Position numbers and translations under genes: made by a program. 32,000 nt of DNA from Candidatus Babelota bacterium. GTDB taxonomy: Bacteria > Babelota > Babeliae > Babelales > Vermiphilaceae. The notes under the pieces are model-generated. The model saw only the letters and a list, made by a program, of their open reading frames with translations. It made no database searches and was not told the DNA's origin. The DNA is taken from assembly GCA_039809905.1 (NCBI GenBank), contig JBDHVY010000001.1:90001-122000 (forward strand), written 5' to 3'. Shown one piece after another: positions 9,389-19,064 of the stretch (positions are counted from its first letter, which is position 1; each line of letters opens with the position of its first letter).

Positions 9389-10675
9389 TTACTTATCATA
9401 TCCTATCGAACTGCGGAGTCTAGCCCAGGCATTAGTCATCCAATATTTCCAACCGGAGCGTGCTTGCTCTGCTTGTAATGCTTTATCTCGTTTCTCTTTC
9501 ACTTCCAACTCAAAGGAAACCATATCTTGAAAACGTATCACAAATGTATACAAATTCGGACTTTCTTTTAAATCCTTAAATCCCGCAATATGCAATTTAT
9601 TCATTGCAGCTTTTATCGTTTCAAAAAAATCAGCTGATCCTTCCTTTTTAAAATATAGCCAGACATCACTAGCAACTTTTTTAGATATTGTCTTTAAATA
9701 AAAAGCATTTTTCCAAACAAGAGAGTAATATTTTCTACTAAGATCGTCTTCTCCTCGTAAAGATGTATGCATTGCATTAAACCCAGCCCTTATCAACCCG
9801 TATATCTTTTCAACTGCCTCTAGATTAATAGCGGCTTTGATGCTTTCAAGACATTTTGTAAAATTATTGTTTTTTTTAGAATAAAGTGTTTTTGTTATAA
9901 GATTTTTATGAAATACTGTCATCTCATTGAAAACTTCTTTATTAATTTTATCGATTTTTTCGTGTTTATCTATATTTAACAGACAAATTTCAGCCAACCT
10001 GACTCCTTTCTTAGCTCCTTCCTTAGGGTAAATATTTTGAAATTCCATAAATAACTTTATAGGATAGGTTATTTCCAGTATCCCATCAATTATTATTGAA
10101 CTATTTACTTCATTTTCAGCGGTTGGAGCAATATAAATATGAGATGTATCTTTTTCATAAACTAATAGAGTATTTTTGGGCAATGAAATGCCAAGATATT
10201 TAATGATTCCCATAACATCTTGACACTCTTCTGGCGAAAAATTTTCACTCATTTTTTTAGAGAAAGTTTTAAAAACAGAAAAATAACGACTTTTTGAAGC
10301 CAACTCAAGAAGTGAAAAAGTGCTTTGAATAATTTTAATTGGAAATGGTATACCTACACTTTTTGTATCGTCTGAAGATTTGTTTTTTTCAAAATGATTT
10401 TTACCAAGAATAAAACGCGAACTATTGATTAACTCTTTACGAACAGGATATCCAGCTCCAGTATCTTTATCATATACTAGATAGTAATCCGACCCTAACG
10501 AAGCTTCTTGAATTTTTACTCTTTCTTCTCGTGAAGGACCTTTAAATCTTTGTTGCAACATGAGAGGCTGAATAGGAAGTTTATCAGCACGAGACAATCC
10601 CATGAGCTGATTAATTGATATAAACCACAGCAAAATTATTACAAATCTCAATCCATTGCGGCAATTCATGCACAA
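9389..10675 (-). CDS. Exported hypothetical protein (428 aa), possible divergent BTB/Skp1-like segment near N-terminus
   Basis: Signal peptide-like GLRFVIILLWFISINQLMG; segment VRKELINSSRFIL...VGIPFPIKIIQSTFSLLELAS...FSPEECQDVMGIIKYLGISLPKNTLL. Confidence 0.7.
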   Translation of the reverse strand: MCMNCRNGLRFVIILLWFISINQLMGLSRADKLPIQPLMLQQRFKGPSREERVKIQEASLGSDYYLVYDKDTGAGYPVRKELINSSRFILGKNHFEKNKSSDDTKSVGIPFPIKIIQSTFSLLELASKSRYFSVFKTFSKKMSENFSPEECQDVMGIIKYLGISLPKNTLLVYEKDTSHIYIAPTAENEVNSSIIIDGILEITYPIKLFMEFQNIYPKEGAKKGVRLAEICLLNIDKHEKIDKINKEVFNEMTVFHKNLITKTLYSKKNNNFTKCLESIKAAINLEAVEKIYGLIRAGFNAMHTSLRGEDDLSRKYYSLVWKNAFYLKTISKKVASDVWLYFKKEGSADFFETIKAAMNKLHIAGFKDLKESPNLYTFVIRFQDMVSFELEVKEKRDKALQAEQARSGWKYWMTNAWARLRSSIGYDK

Positions 10676-10847
10676 TACCTCTTATTGTAATATATTATTA
10701 CTTTGTATCATATTAACTCTATTAAGAAAATAACATAATAATTTACAAAATAACAATAAATGCAATCGAGTATTGATTTTGTAACCGAATATATTGCATG
10801 ATTAAACTAATTACAATATCGCAAATAGATATATCCAGGGGTTTTGT

Positions 10848-12665
10848 ATGAAAATAATATCTTTTTTAATTACCAAGAAAACAATTCCATTTTTTTTCTT
10901 TTTACTCCATTTTTCCATTATCCATACCATGCAGCCCGTTACACCATCCTTACCACCTGTTTTAATTAAACCTAAAAATGGTGACCCTTTTGAAGTGCCT
11001 CTCAATAGAGCTCAATTAAGCAATGTTATAAAAAATATCCTCGAAGACGTAGGAAACAAGGTTGAAATAACTATTGCTTTGAAAGAAGACATTGATAAGG
11101 ATATCGCTTTAGAGATTTTTAGGGATATTTTGTATGAATACGAAAAAAATCCTGAAGCCATTGATGCATATCTCTTAACTGACTATAACGAACGCCCTTT
11201 AATAGACTTAATTCGTATAGCAAACACATTGAACTATCTCGACATCCGCACGTTAAAGAATCCTGACATTCAAGCAAACATTCTACCCTTTTTTATAAAA
11301 ACCATTTTTAATCGTACTCTAAGCCTAAGATCTGAAGAATTAATAAAGAATAGAATGATTCTTAATCAAATAGCTCCTGATATACAAAACACAATGATAG
11401 ATCTTTATATTGTACCTTACTTCAAAAACAGAATCATCAAACATTATGCACAACACAGAATCATTATATCAAATCAACCATGCACCCGTGTAGCCATTAG
11501 CCCAGATGGCAAAACAATTGTTGCCGGTCAGGAAGATGGAAATATTGCAGTATGGGATACTCAATCATATAAACAAACAGCTACGATTAAAAATGACTCT
11601 AAAGTCATGGCTCTAATATTTAATCATGAAGGATCTCTGATTGCTTCTGGAGATAACCAGGGAGCTCTTTTCTTATGGGATCCAAAAACATATCAAGAAA
11701 AAATACATCTTCAAAAAAATGAAGCCATTTATAGCATCGCATTTAGTCCTGATGATACAAAAATTGTTTTTGGCGGAAACAATAAAATTATTTCTATTTG
11801 CGATGCCATAACTCTTAACGAGATAGCTCATATTGAAAATGATACGAAACCCATTTACAGCGCGCTATTTAGTCCCAATGGCGATGAAATTATTGTTGCA
11901 TCCGAGGATAATCTTATCAAATGGAGCGCCACAACACACAAAAAAATTATTTCTCTTGAAGATCACAGAAATTCTGTCAGATCTGTAGTTTGGAGCAAAA
12001 ACGGTAAAAAAATTTTTTTGGGCAGCTCCATCAGTTCTGCAGCTTTAAGACATTATGGTGTAGAATTTGCACCAAAAGAAACTGGTAATCTTTTTGTAAG
12101 GGATGCTCATAATCTAAAAACAATAGCCTCTCATGATTTTGTGAAAGATGTTCGATCTATTGCTCTCAGTCCCGATAATTCTTTTCTAGCGTGCATCACC
12201 TCGGACGATCTTACTATTCTCAATGCCCAAACATATACCATAATAACCAATCTTTTAGAAAAAGATTTTTCTAAAGCTGTATTTAGTCCTGATGGGACTC
12301 AACTTATTTGTTGCGGACAAGCAGGTTTGATGATATGGAATTTAGTTCCTAAACGTGGTTTAGAAATATTAAACGTTCTTAAAGCATCCAATCTTCATTC
12401 CAAGATTCCGCTCATTATAAAGCTCGTAATTATTCATAAGCTATGCCTAGCATTGGACAATGATACATCCGTAAACTTAACTGCTGATGAATTAGCTATC
12501 TTTAATGAATTACCAAATTCGATAAAAAAATTGCTCAAGGATGGCATCAATAAATCCACTACCTCTACAAAAAAATTGATTTCTCAACCAATGAATTTCA
12601 TAGAACGGTTGGCTGATTTCAAAAAACGGTTACTCAATTGGTGGCAAGGAAATCAAAGCAAATAA
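10848..12665 (+). CDS. Exported fusion protein: Skp1/BTB-like N-terminal domain plus WD40 repeats plus C-terminal helical module
   Basis: 605 aa; hydrophobic N-terminus; VPLNRAQLSNVIKNILEDVG...LIDLIRIANTLNYLDIRTLKNPDIQANI resembles Skp1; WD repeats TRVAISPDGKTIVAGQEDGNIAVWDTQ and IYSIAFSPDDTKIVFGG; C-terminal VNLTADELAIFNELPNSIKKLL. Confidence 0.85.
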   Translation: MKIISFLITKKTIPFFFFLLHFSIIHTMQPVTPSLPPVLIKPKNGDPFEVPLNRAQLSNVIKNILEDVGNKVEITIALKEDIDKDIALEIFRDILYEYEKNPEAIDAYLLTDYNERPLIDLIRIANTLNYLDIRTLKNPDIQANILPFFIKTIFNRTLSLRSEELIKNRMILNQIAPDIQNTMIDLYIVPYFKNRIIKHYAQHRIIISNQPCTRVAISPDGKTIVAGQEDGNIAVWDTQSYKQTATIKNDSKVMALIFNHEGSLIASGDNQGALFLWDPKTYQEKIHLQKNEAIYSIAFSPDDTKIVFGGNNKIISICDAITLNEIAHIENDTKPIYSALFSPNGDEIIVASEDNLIKWSATTHKKIISLEDHRNSVRSVVWSKNGKKIFLGSSISSAALRHYGVEFAPKETGNLFVRDAHNLKTIASHDFVKDVRSIALSPDNSFLACITSDDLTILNAQTYTIITNLLEKDFSKAVFSPDGTQLICCGQAGLMIWNLVPKRGLEILNVLKASNLHSKIPLIIKLVIIHKLCLALDNDTSVNLTADELAIFNELPNSIKKLLKDGINKSTTSTKKLISQPMNFIERLADFKKRLLNWWQGNQSK

Positions 12666-12693
12666 ATTCATGCAGAGCTTAATTTTGAATGTA

Positions 12694-14901
12694 TTACTCC
12701 GATGCAAGCTGAGCCTTTTCCCATTCAATTGCTTTTTGTTTTTCTTGTTCATCTTTTTTCTGACAATCTGGCAGTATTTCATCGAATAACCGACTTAGTT
12801 TTTCTTCAAATATTTCCATTGCTATCGGACGAACAAGCGTATGAGAAGAAACTTTTGTTCTTTTTGTATCTCTGGTATTGACCAACGCAAATTCGATCGG
12901 ATCAACAGGATTTTTATCAACATCGTCTACAATAACTTTTGTATCATCTGTTTCACCAATTCCCGGTATAGCAAATTTCTCTCTAGGTCCGTGCACACCT
13001 ATTTTTGTATGATAAATATATTTATCAACATCATTTTTGGGTATTGCTATTTGCAGCAACTCTCCATGTTTACTCAAAGATTTATGTTCGCTTTTTAAAC
13101 GAGATAATTCTTTTTCATATTTATCATAAATATCTTTGTATCCAAACATACTGAATACTTCTTGCGTTGTAATGGTTATTTCTCCCCAATTTTTATTTTG
13201 CAACATCAAGTACATTGAGTTACATCCAGGAACAGTCAAGTTGCCAAATGCATATTTACTCAAAAATAATATCGGTGAGCCTTTACCCAAAAAACTTTCT
13301 AATGTATTCTCTCCCGATGTGGGCAGAAGATTGCCTTGCGCAAGCAATCGCTCTCGCGCTTCTTGTTCAGATTTTAAAAAAAATTCCGAAACTTTGCCCA
13401 AAACCGGATCATCAAGATGCGTAAATATAAAATCTTTAAGATCTTCTCCTGATTTATATGAATAGAGCTTTTTATAGATATATGATAAGAAATGGTATTC
13501 AAAATTCCTTCCATGATAAACTACTTCAAACCCATTATCGATGAGTTCTTTTTCATTACGCATAAGCTCCTGTATCATGTTAGTAAAAACGGGATTTAAG
13601 ATTGATTCAATATTGTTATCCCAGTCTTTTAAATAATGATAATATTTCTTCAAATGACGATATGATGGCGTTTGCGAATAACGGCCATCTATACCTAATA
13701 CCAACTCTAAAAATGGTGATCCTTCAAGAACTTCCAACAATATCAAAAAGGTGAGTTGCTGCACATAAACATCCTTTTCTCCCTTTATAGAGTCAACAAG
13801 AGAATCTCTAAAAGTTGAATCCTCCGCTGCATGCTGTTTCATCAAATCAAAGCCGGTACTATTTCTCCATAGATATTTATTATTGATGAGATAGTTCACA
13901 AGCAAGTCTTTAAACTGAGAATTATCTGATACCAGTTGTCTTATCAGCTGAGTCCCTAATTCAGTTTTCCACACATCTTCATCACTAACCAATTCTTTTA
14001 CATTACCTACTGTTATATGCGCTAATTTCTCTACCGCACTATTTTTTAAGAATTCGCCCAATTTACGATAACCACTACGAAGATCCGACCCTATATCCTT
14101 ATTCTCGGCTAACCATTTTTCATGCATGTTAATTAATGCTTTTAAACATTTTGCACTGTTATTGGGCAGCAACTTTGCTACTGTTTCTACTCCAGACATT
14201 ACTATAAAAGGCAAAGAAGCCCTATTTAAAAACTTCTCTTTGAGACTATCTGTCTGCAATACAAACCGATCGGCAGGTATTCTGACAATAATGTTTTTGA
14301 TAAAATAATCGTCTTTTATGTGGTCAAATTTTTTTTCCACAAGTGGAAGCAATTTTACTGCAAATGAACCATCATTAGTACTCATTTCATTAAGAATCTC
14401 AAATCCTTGCTCTGTAGCAATAAGCCGATCAAAGACATTTCCTATATCATTAACGCTATTTTTTTCTAGAAAATTCTTAATACGCTTTTCAAAGAGATTA
14501 TTCCAAGGATTTGGCTCTTCTAGCTTTGCCAATATTTCTTCTGATTCGATTTGACCATCAGATTTATCGATTTCAACAATATTAACAGGAACTGATAATT
14601 TTTTTGGCATCACAATAGGTGGTTCTTTTTTCCATAAACGCGCATATTGTTCTCGCAAAAAACCCATAACTTGAGCTCTTAAAATATCAATTCTGCTGGT
14701 AGATGATGCAGTTGCTCGAACTCTAGATAATCTTTGTTTTGTAATGTTTGCAACTACAGGTGAGGATTTACTTGAAAAGCTTCTTGTTCCTATTGATGAT
14801 TTTTGTTGCACGCTTTTTTTCAAGCTTGGAAACATGCCTTGCAGCGGCATTATACTCATAAACACAAAAGCCATAAATATACTTTTATATATCTTTTTCA
14901 T
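12694..14901 (-). CDS. Exported protein of unknown function (735 aa)
   Basis: Single long ORF with signal peptide-like MKKIYKSIFMAFVFMSIMPLQG; no family recognised with confidence. Confidence 0.75.
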   Translation of the reverse strand: MKKIYKSIFMAFVFMSIMPLQGMFPSLKKSVQQKSSIGTRSFSSKSSPVVANITKQRLSRVRATASSTSRIDILRAQVMGFLREQYARLWKKEPPIVMPKKLSVPVNIVEIDKSDGQIESEEILAKLEEPNPWNNLFEKRIKNFLEKNSVNDIGNVFDRLIATEQGFEILNEMSTNDGSFAVKLLPLVEKKFDHIKDDYFIKNIIVRIPADRFVLQTDSLKEKFLNRASLPFIVMSGVETVAKLLPNNSAKCLKALINMHEKWLAENKDIGSDLRSGYRKLGEFLKNSAVEKLAHITVGNVKELVSDEDVWKTELGTQLIRQLVSDNSQFKDLLVNYLINNKYLWRNSTGFDLMKQHAAEDSTFRDSLVDSIKGEKDVYVQQLTFLILLEVLEGSPFLELVLGIDGRYSQTPSYRHLKKYYHYLKDWDNNIESILNPVFTNMIQELMRNEKELIDNGFEVVYHGRNFEYHFLSYIYKKLYSYKSGEDLKDFIFTHLDDPVLGKVSEFFLKSEQEARERLLAQGNLLPTSGENTLESFLGKGSPILFLSKYAFGNLTVPGCNSMYLMLQNKNWGEITITTQEVFSMFGYKDIYDKYEKELSRLKSEHKSLSKHGELLQIAIPKNDVDKYIYHTKIGVHGPREKFAIPGIGETDDTKVIVDDVDKNPVDPIEFALVNTRDTKRTKVSSHTLVRPIAMEIFEEKLSRLFDEILPDCQKKDEQEKQKAIEWEKAQLASE

Positions 14902-14978
14902 ATCACCCTATCTTTTTTGTCTTTCATTTTTGTTTTAAAATAACAAAAACAATTTCAAAAAAGCACGATATGAGACAC

Positions 14979-15012
14979 AAAAAAAAGCTGGCATCAATGA
15001 GCCAGCTTTTTC
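14979..15012 (-). terminator. Rho-independent terminator downstream of the 15037-15873 gene
   Basis: AAAAAAAAGCTGGC atcaatga GCCAGCTTTTT. Confidence 0.75.
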
Positions 15013-15036
15013 ATTTTTGACAAAACTTAGTGCAAC

Positions 15037-15873
15037 TTATTCTATCTTTTCTTGCATCTGATTTCTAACCACAGATCTATCATAAAGTGTTTCGCCTTCT
15101 ACCATATAAAAATGTTTAATGTGCGCTATGCTATCATTTTCATATGCAATAACCATATCATACAACTTTTGATAATCGCACTGATCAGAAGAAACTTCTA
15201 ATCCAATACGATCAAGCCACCTATTTTGGCTCATAAGCATAGCTTCTTGTGCTCGTTTGCCAATAACTTTTTCTTCATCATCAAGCCAACTGGTTTTGTA
15301 TGTCATATACGCACAAATAGATTCAGCTTGTCGGACCAAACGATCATACAATAATAGTAGGCTTTCTTTATTTGCTTTTGCTCGTTCAACTTCTTCTGCT
15401 TGCTGCTGCAATTGTAATACCTGCTTTTTCATCATTTTGATTGTTATATGATAAGGAGCATAGCTATTAATATACCAACGAAGAGTATCAGGATGGGTTA
15501 ATTTTTCACACAGATGGGAAATAAACATAGAACTACCAATGCCTACTGCACATTGTATAGTGGAAGACCATCCTTCAGTGGTATAAAACATATATCGCAA
15601 TCCAGCTTTAATGCCTTCGAGCATCGTTTTTTTTTCTTCGGGAGTTTTAGTAGCAACAGAATCGCTCTTGAAGTTTTTATACATTTCAAAAATGGTTTGA
15701 CGCAATTGAAAACCAATACTTAAAGCTGTTAACCCATACACACTATAACGATCACACGTCATGCGCGTTTTTATTTGTTGAGCTTTTTTATTGATTACTG
15801 TTTGCTTGAGTAGTGCTGCGTGAGCAACTCCATTGAAAAACATTAAAAATGATAATAATGTTGATGATTTCAT
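15037..15873 (-). CDS. Exported hypothetical protein (track ORF extends to 15918; likely start at MKSSTLLSFLMFFNGVAHA)
   Basis: Clear signal peptide at the internal ATG (CAT at 15871-15873); coiled-coil-like ILQLQQQAEEVERAKANKESLLL content. Confidence 0.65.
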   Translation of the reverse strand: MKSSTLLSFLMFFNGVAHAALLKQTVINKKAQQIKTRMTCDRYSVYGLTALSIGFQLRQTIFEMYKNFKSDSVATKTPEEKKTMLEGIKAGLRYMFYTTEGWSSTIQCAVGIGSSMFISHLCEKLTHPDTLRWYINSYAPYHITIKMMKKQVLQLQQQAEEVERAKANKESLLLLYDRLVRQAESICAYMTYKTSWLDDEEKVIGKRAQEAMLMSQNRWLDRIGLEVSSDQCDYQKLYDMVIAYENDSIAHIKHFYMVEGETLYDRSVVRNQMQEKIE

Positions 15874-15924
15874 AATCTGTTTTAAATACCTTCTAATATG
15901 ACTTTGAGCACTACACAACTTAGG

Positions 15925-18522
15925 TTATTTCGAAAAAAACGGCTTCAAATACCTTCCCGTATGACTTTGTGCAGACTGCGCAACTTCTTGCGGAGTACCT
16001 TGTGCAATAATTTGCCCACCGCCATCACCGCCTTCAGGGCCAAGATCAATAAGATAGTCAACTGTTTTAAGCACATCAAGATTATGCTCAATAAGAATCA
16101 TAGAATTATTTTTATCAACTAATCGATTGAGCACGATCAACAGTTTTTCAATATCACTATTATGCAATCCTGTTGTTGGTTCGTCTAGAATATATAATGT
16201 ATGCTGTTCACGCTTAGCCAATTCATCAACTAATTTTATACGCTGCGCTTCACCGCCAGATAATGTAGTTGAAGGCTGACCTAATGTAATATAATCAAGG
16301 CCAACATCACATAATAATTGCAAACGTTTCGCAATTGTTTTGTGATGCTCAAAAAATGTTAATGCTTCATATACGGTCATATTAAGCACATCCGCAATCG
16401 ATTTACCTTTATATAAAATCGATAAAGTTTCTTGATTATAACGAGTTCCATTGCAAGCTTTACACGTCATAATAACTTCAGGCAAAAAGTGCATTTCAAC
16501 TTTGATAACACCATCACCAGAACATTCAAAACATCTTCCAGCTGCAACATTAAAACTAAATCTACCGACTGCATATCCACGTGCATTACTTTCAGGCAAC
16601 GATGCAAATAATTTTCTCATTTCATCAAAAATACCCAAATATGTTGCAGGGTTAGAACGCGGAGTACGCCCAATAGGACTTTGATCAATTACTACAAGGC
16701 TTTGCAAATCCTGCGCTCCTTGCAAACTACCAGCAGCACCAGGCAATGCATTTTTATGTATTCTTTTAAATCCACCAGAAAATTCTCTTTTTACTGCAGA
16801 AACTAACTGATCCATAATAAGAGTACTTTTTCCTGAACCGGATACACCTGAAACACCGCATAACACGCCAACAGGCATACGCAATGTAACATTTTTTAAG
16901 TTATGTTTATCAATATGATCCAAAACAATAAAGCCTTGTGGCTTACGTAATGTTTTTGGTCGCGCAATACCACGTTTTCCGCTTAAATATGCCCCCGTAA
17001 GAGAGTTTTTATTTTTAGAAAGTTCTTCTGGTGTACCGAACGCCGTTACATTCCCCCCAAGCACTCCCGCTGCAGGTCCCATATCAATGACATAATCAGC
17101 TTGTGTAATAGTATCCATATCATGTTCAACAACAACAACCGTGTTATCTTGATCTCGTAATGTTTTAAGCGTTTCAATTAAGCGATCATTATCACGTTGA
17201 TGCAATCCAATACTCGGCTCATCAAGGATATATAAAACACCGCTTAATGCTGAACCAATTTGTGATGCAAGTCTAATACGTTGACCTTCACCACCCGATA
17301 ATGTTCGCGCGGTACGATTGAGCGTTAAATAAGAAAGACCAACATCATTAATAAATGTTAATCTATTTTTAATTTCATTAATAAGACCTTGTGCTATTTC
17401 TTGCTGCTGTGCATCAAGAGATACTGTGTTAAAAAACTGTAATAACTGTTTGATTGACAAATTTCCTAATTCACAAATATCTTTATTCCCAACACGCACC
17501 GCCAAGGCATATTTATTAAGACGTTTTCCTTTACATTCGCTACACGTTTTTACTGTTGCATATTTATCACCAAAAAATTCGGGATAATCTGCTTTCCATG
17601 AATCACTACTTCCTGCAGCCCATGGCCATTCATTAATAGTACCCAATCCCTCACAGCCTTTACATGCACCAATGGGTGAGTTAAAAGAGAAACAACGTGG
17701 TTCTAATTCAGGAATTGATTGCGAACAGGAAATACACATGCGCTTAGATGAATAAAGATATTCTTTGTCACCTACAACAATTTTACAACTACCTTCTGCT
17801 AACGCAAAGGCTGCTTCAACCGCTTCTTGCAAACGAGATCTTTCATCAGCACTTACTTCAAGCGAATCAACAATAACATCAATAGTATGCTTGTGAGTCT
17901 TTTTTAGATTAAGATTTTTAATTTCATCGACTGATCTAAATTTATATCGCTCACCATCAATTTTGATACGATAATAGCCTTTTTCAAAAAGACGTAATAA
18001 ATCATTAACAAATTCACCTTTTTGCTCATGAACCACAGGCGCAAGCACTGAAATAGTTTTAAAACTAAAATCTTTATGCAACATCTGACAAATAGCATCA
18101 GCTGATTCTGCTTTAATCTCTAAATCACAGTTAGGGCAATATACTTTACCTATTCGAGCAAAAAGGATACGAAAATAATCATAGATTTCAGTAATAGTAC
18201 CCACTGTTGAACGCGGATTTGAGCCAACTGTTTTTTGCTCAATGGCAATAGCCGGACATAGACCATCAATACGATCAACATCAGGTTTTTTAGCCGCACC
18301 CAAAAATTGGCGAGCATATGATGATAAAGAATCAAGATAGCGTCTTTTACCTTCAGTAAATAAAACATCAAGAGCCAAAGAGCTTTTACCCGATCCAGAC
18401 GGCCCAGTAATCACTACAAGCTTGTTTTTAGGAATACTCACTTCAACATTTTTGAGATTATGTTCACGAGCACCAAAAATATTGATTGAGCGGTTTTTTA
18501 ATGAATCTATGATTTTTTTCAT
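15925..18522 (-). CDS. uvrA: Excinuclease ABC subunit A (UvrA), compact form
   Basis: 865 aa; GPSGSGKSSLALDVLFTEGKRRYLDSLSSYARQFL, YCPNC/CISC and CFECSGDG/CKACNG zinc motifs, two ABC signatures (LSGGEGQRIRLA, LSGGEAQRIKL). Confidence 0.97.
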   Translation of the reverse strand: MKKIIDSLKNRSINIFGAREHNLKNVEVSIPKNKLVVITGPSGSGKSSLALDVLFTEGKRRYLDSLSSYARQFLGAAKKPDVDRIDGLCPAIAIEQKTVGSNPRSTVGTITEIYDYFRILFARIGKVYCPNCDLEIKAESADAICQMLHKDFSFKTISVLAPVVHEQKGEFVNDLLRLFEKGYYRIKIDGERYKFRSVDEIKNLNLKKTHKHTIDVIVDSLEVSADERSRLQEAVEAAFALAEGSCKIVVGDKEYLYSSKRMCISCSQSIPELEPRCFSFNSPIGACKGCEGLGTINEWPWAAGSSDSWKADYPEFFGDKYATVKTCSECKGKRLNKYALAVRVGNKDICELGNLSIKQLLQFFNTVSLDAQQQEIAQGLINEIKNRLTFINDVGLSYLTLNRTARTLSGGEGQRIRLASQIGSALSGVLYILDEPSIGLHQRDNDRLIETLKTLRDQDNTVVVVEHDMDTITQADYVIDMGPAAGVLGGNVTAFGTPEELSKNKNSLTGAYLSGKRGIARPKTLRKPQGFIVLDHIDKHNLKNVTLRMPVGVLCGVSGVSGSGKSTLIMDQLVSAVKREFSGGFKRIHKNALPGAAGSLQGAQDLQSLVVIDQSPIGRTPRSNPATYLGIFDEMRKLFASLPESNARGYAVGRFSFNVAAGRCFECSGDGVIKVEMHFLPEVIMTCKACNGTRYNQETLSILYKGKSIADVLNMTVYEALTFFEHHKTIAKRLQLLCDVGLDYITLGQPSTTLSGGEAQRIKLVDELAKREQHTLYILDEPTTGLHNSDIEKLLIVLNRLVDKNNSMILIEHNLDVLKTVDYLIDLGPEGGDGGGQIIAQGTPQEVAQSAQSHTGRYLKPFFSK

Positions 18523-18632
18523 GACTTTTTGTCCAAACGGCTAAAAAACGCCTAAAATAATTTCTCATTAGAATATAATATACCACATTTTTGAGATTTA
18601 GCCAAACCAGGTCAATCTCTATTAAGCTTTTT

Positions 18633-18665
18633 TTGATTTTTACCTTAAATACCGTATACTATAAT
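18633..18665 (+). promoter_or_regulatory. Possible promoter for tRNA-His
   Basis: Perfect TATAAT at 18660-18665, 22 bp upstream of the tRNA; no good -35 at 17 bp (candidate TTGATT/TTTACC with non-ideal spacing). Confidence 0.35.
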
Positions 18666-18686
18666 CACTTTGACATATATTGATAC

Positions 18687-18763
18687 GGTGGATGTAGCTC
18701 AGTTGGTAGAGCACCAGATTGTGGCTCTGGTTGTCGTGGGTTCGATCCCCACCATTCACCCCA
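18687..18763 (+). tRNA. tRNA-His (anticodon GTG), CCA encoded, with G-1
   Basis: GGTGGATGTAGCTCAGTTGGTAGAGCACCAGATTGTGGCTCTGGTTGTCGTGGGTTCGATCCCCACCATTCACCCCA folds as a cloverleaf; extra 5' G opposite C73; anticodon at 18721-18723. Confidence 0.97.
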
Positions 18764-18988
18764 AATTTTTACCCCATGCTTCATCTTATTTCACATGCGG
18801 GCCCCAATGAAGGGATAACAAAATTGGGGATAAAAAGGCTGGACGATTTAGTAAAAAGTCGATTTTTGTGATCAGCTATCATGAGCTTTTGATCCAATCG
18901 ACTATTATTGAAAAAAACATTGAAAAAATAACGAAACCTGTTATTCTTTTCTAGTCTTTATGTCTCTCTTTAGAATATTGAATTGTAT

Positions 18989-19064
18989 CGGGGTGTGGCG
19001 CAATTGGTAGCGCACTCGCTTTGGGAGCGAGGGGTTGTCAGTTCGAGTCTGGCCACCCCGACCA
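18989..19064 (+). tRNA. tRNA-Pro (anticodon TGG), CCA encoded
   Basis: CGGGGTGTGGCGCAATTGGTAGCGCACTCGCTTTGGGAGCGAGGGGTTGTCAGTTCGAGTCTGGCCACCCCGACCA; complete cloverleaf; anticodon 19022-19024. Confidence 0.97.

Noticed and set aside
12841-14938. Six plus-strand ORFs (60-109 aa) over the 735-aa gene
   Set aside because: Antisense shadows of a long ORF; no RBS or protein features.
17904-18371. Antisense or alternate-frame ORFs of 64 and 73 aa within uvrA
   Set aside because: Fully inside a confidently assigned UvrA gene in other frames.
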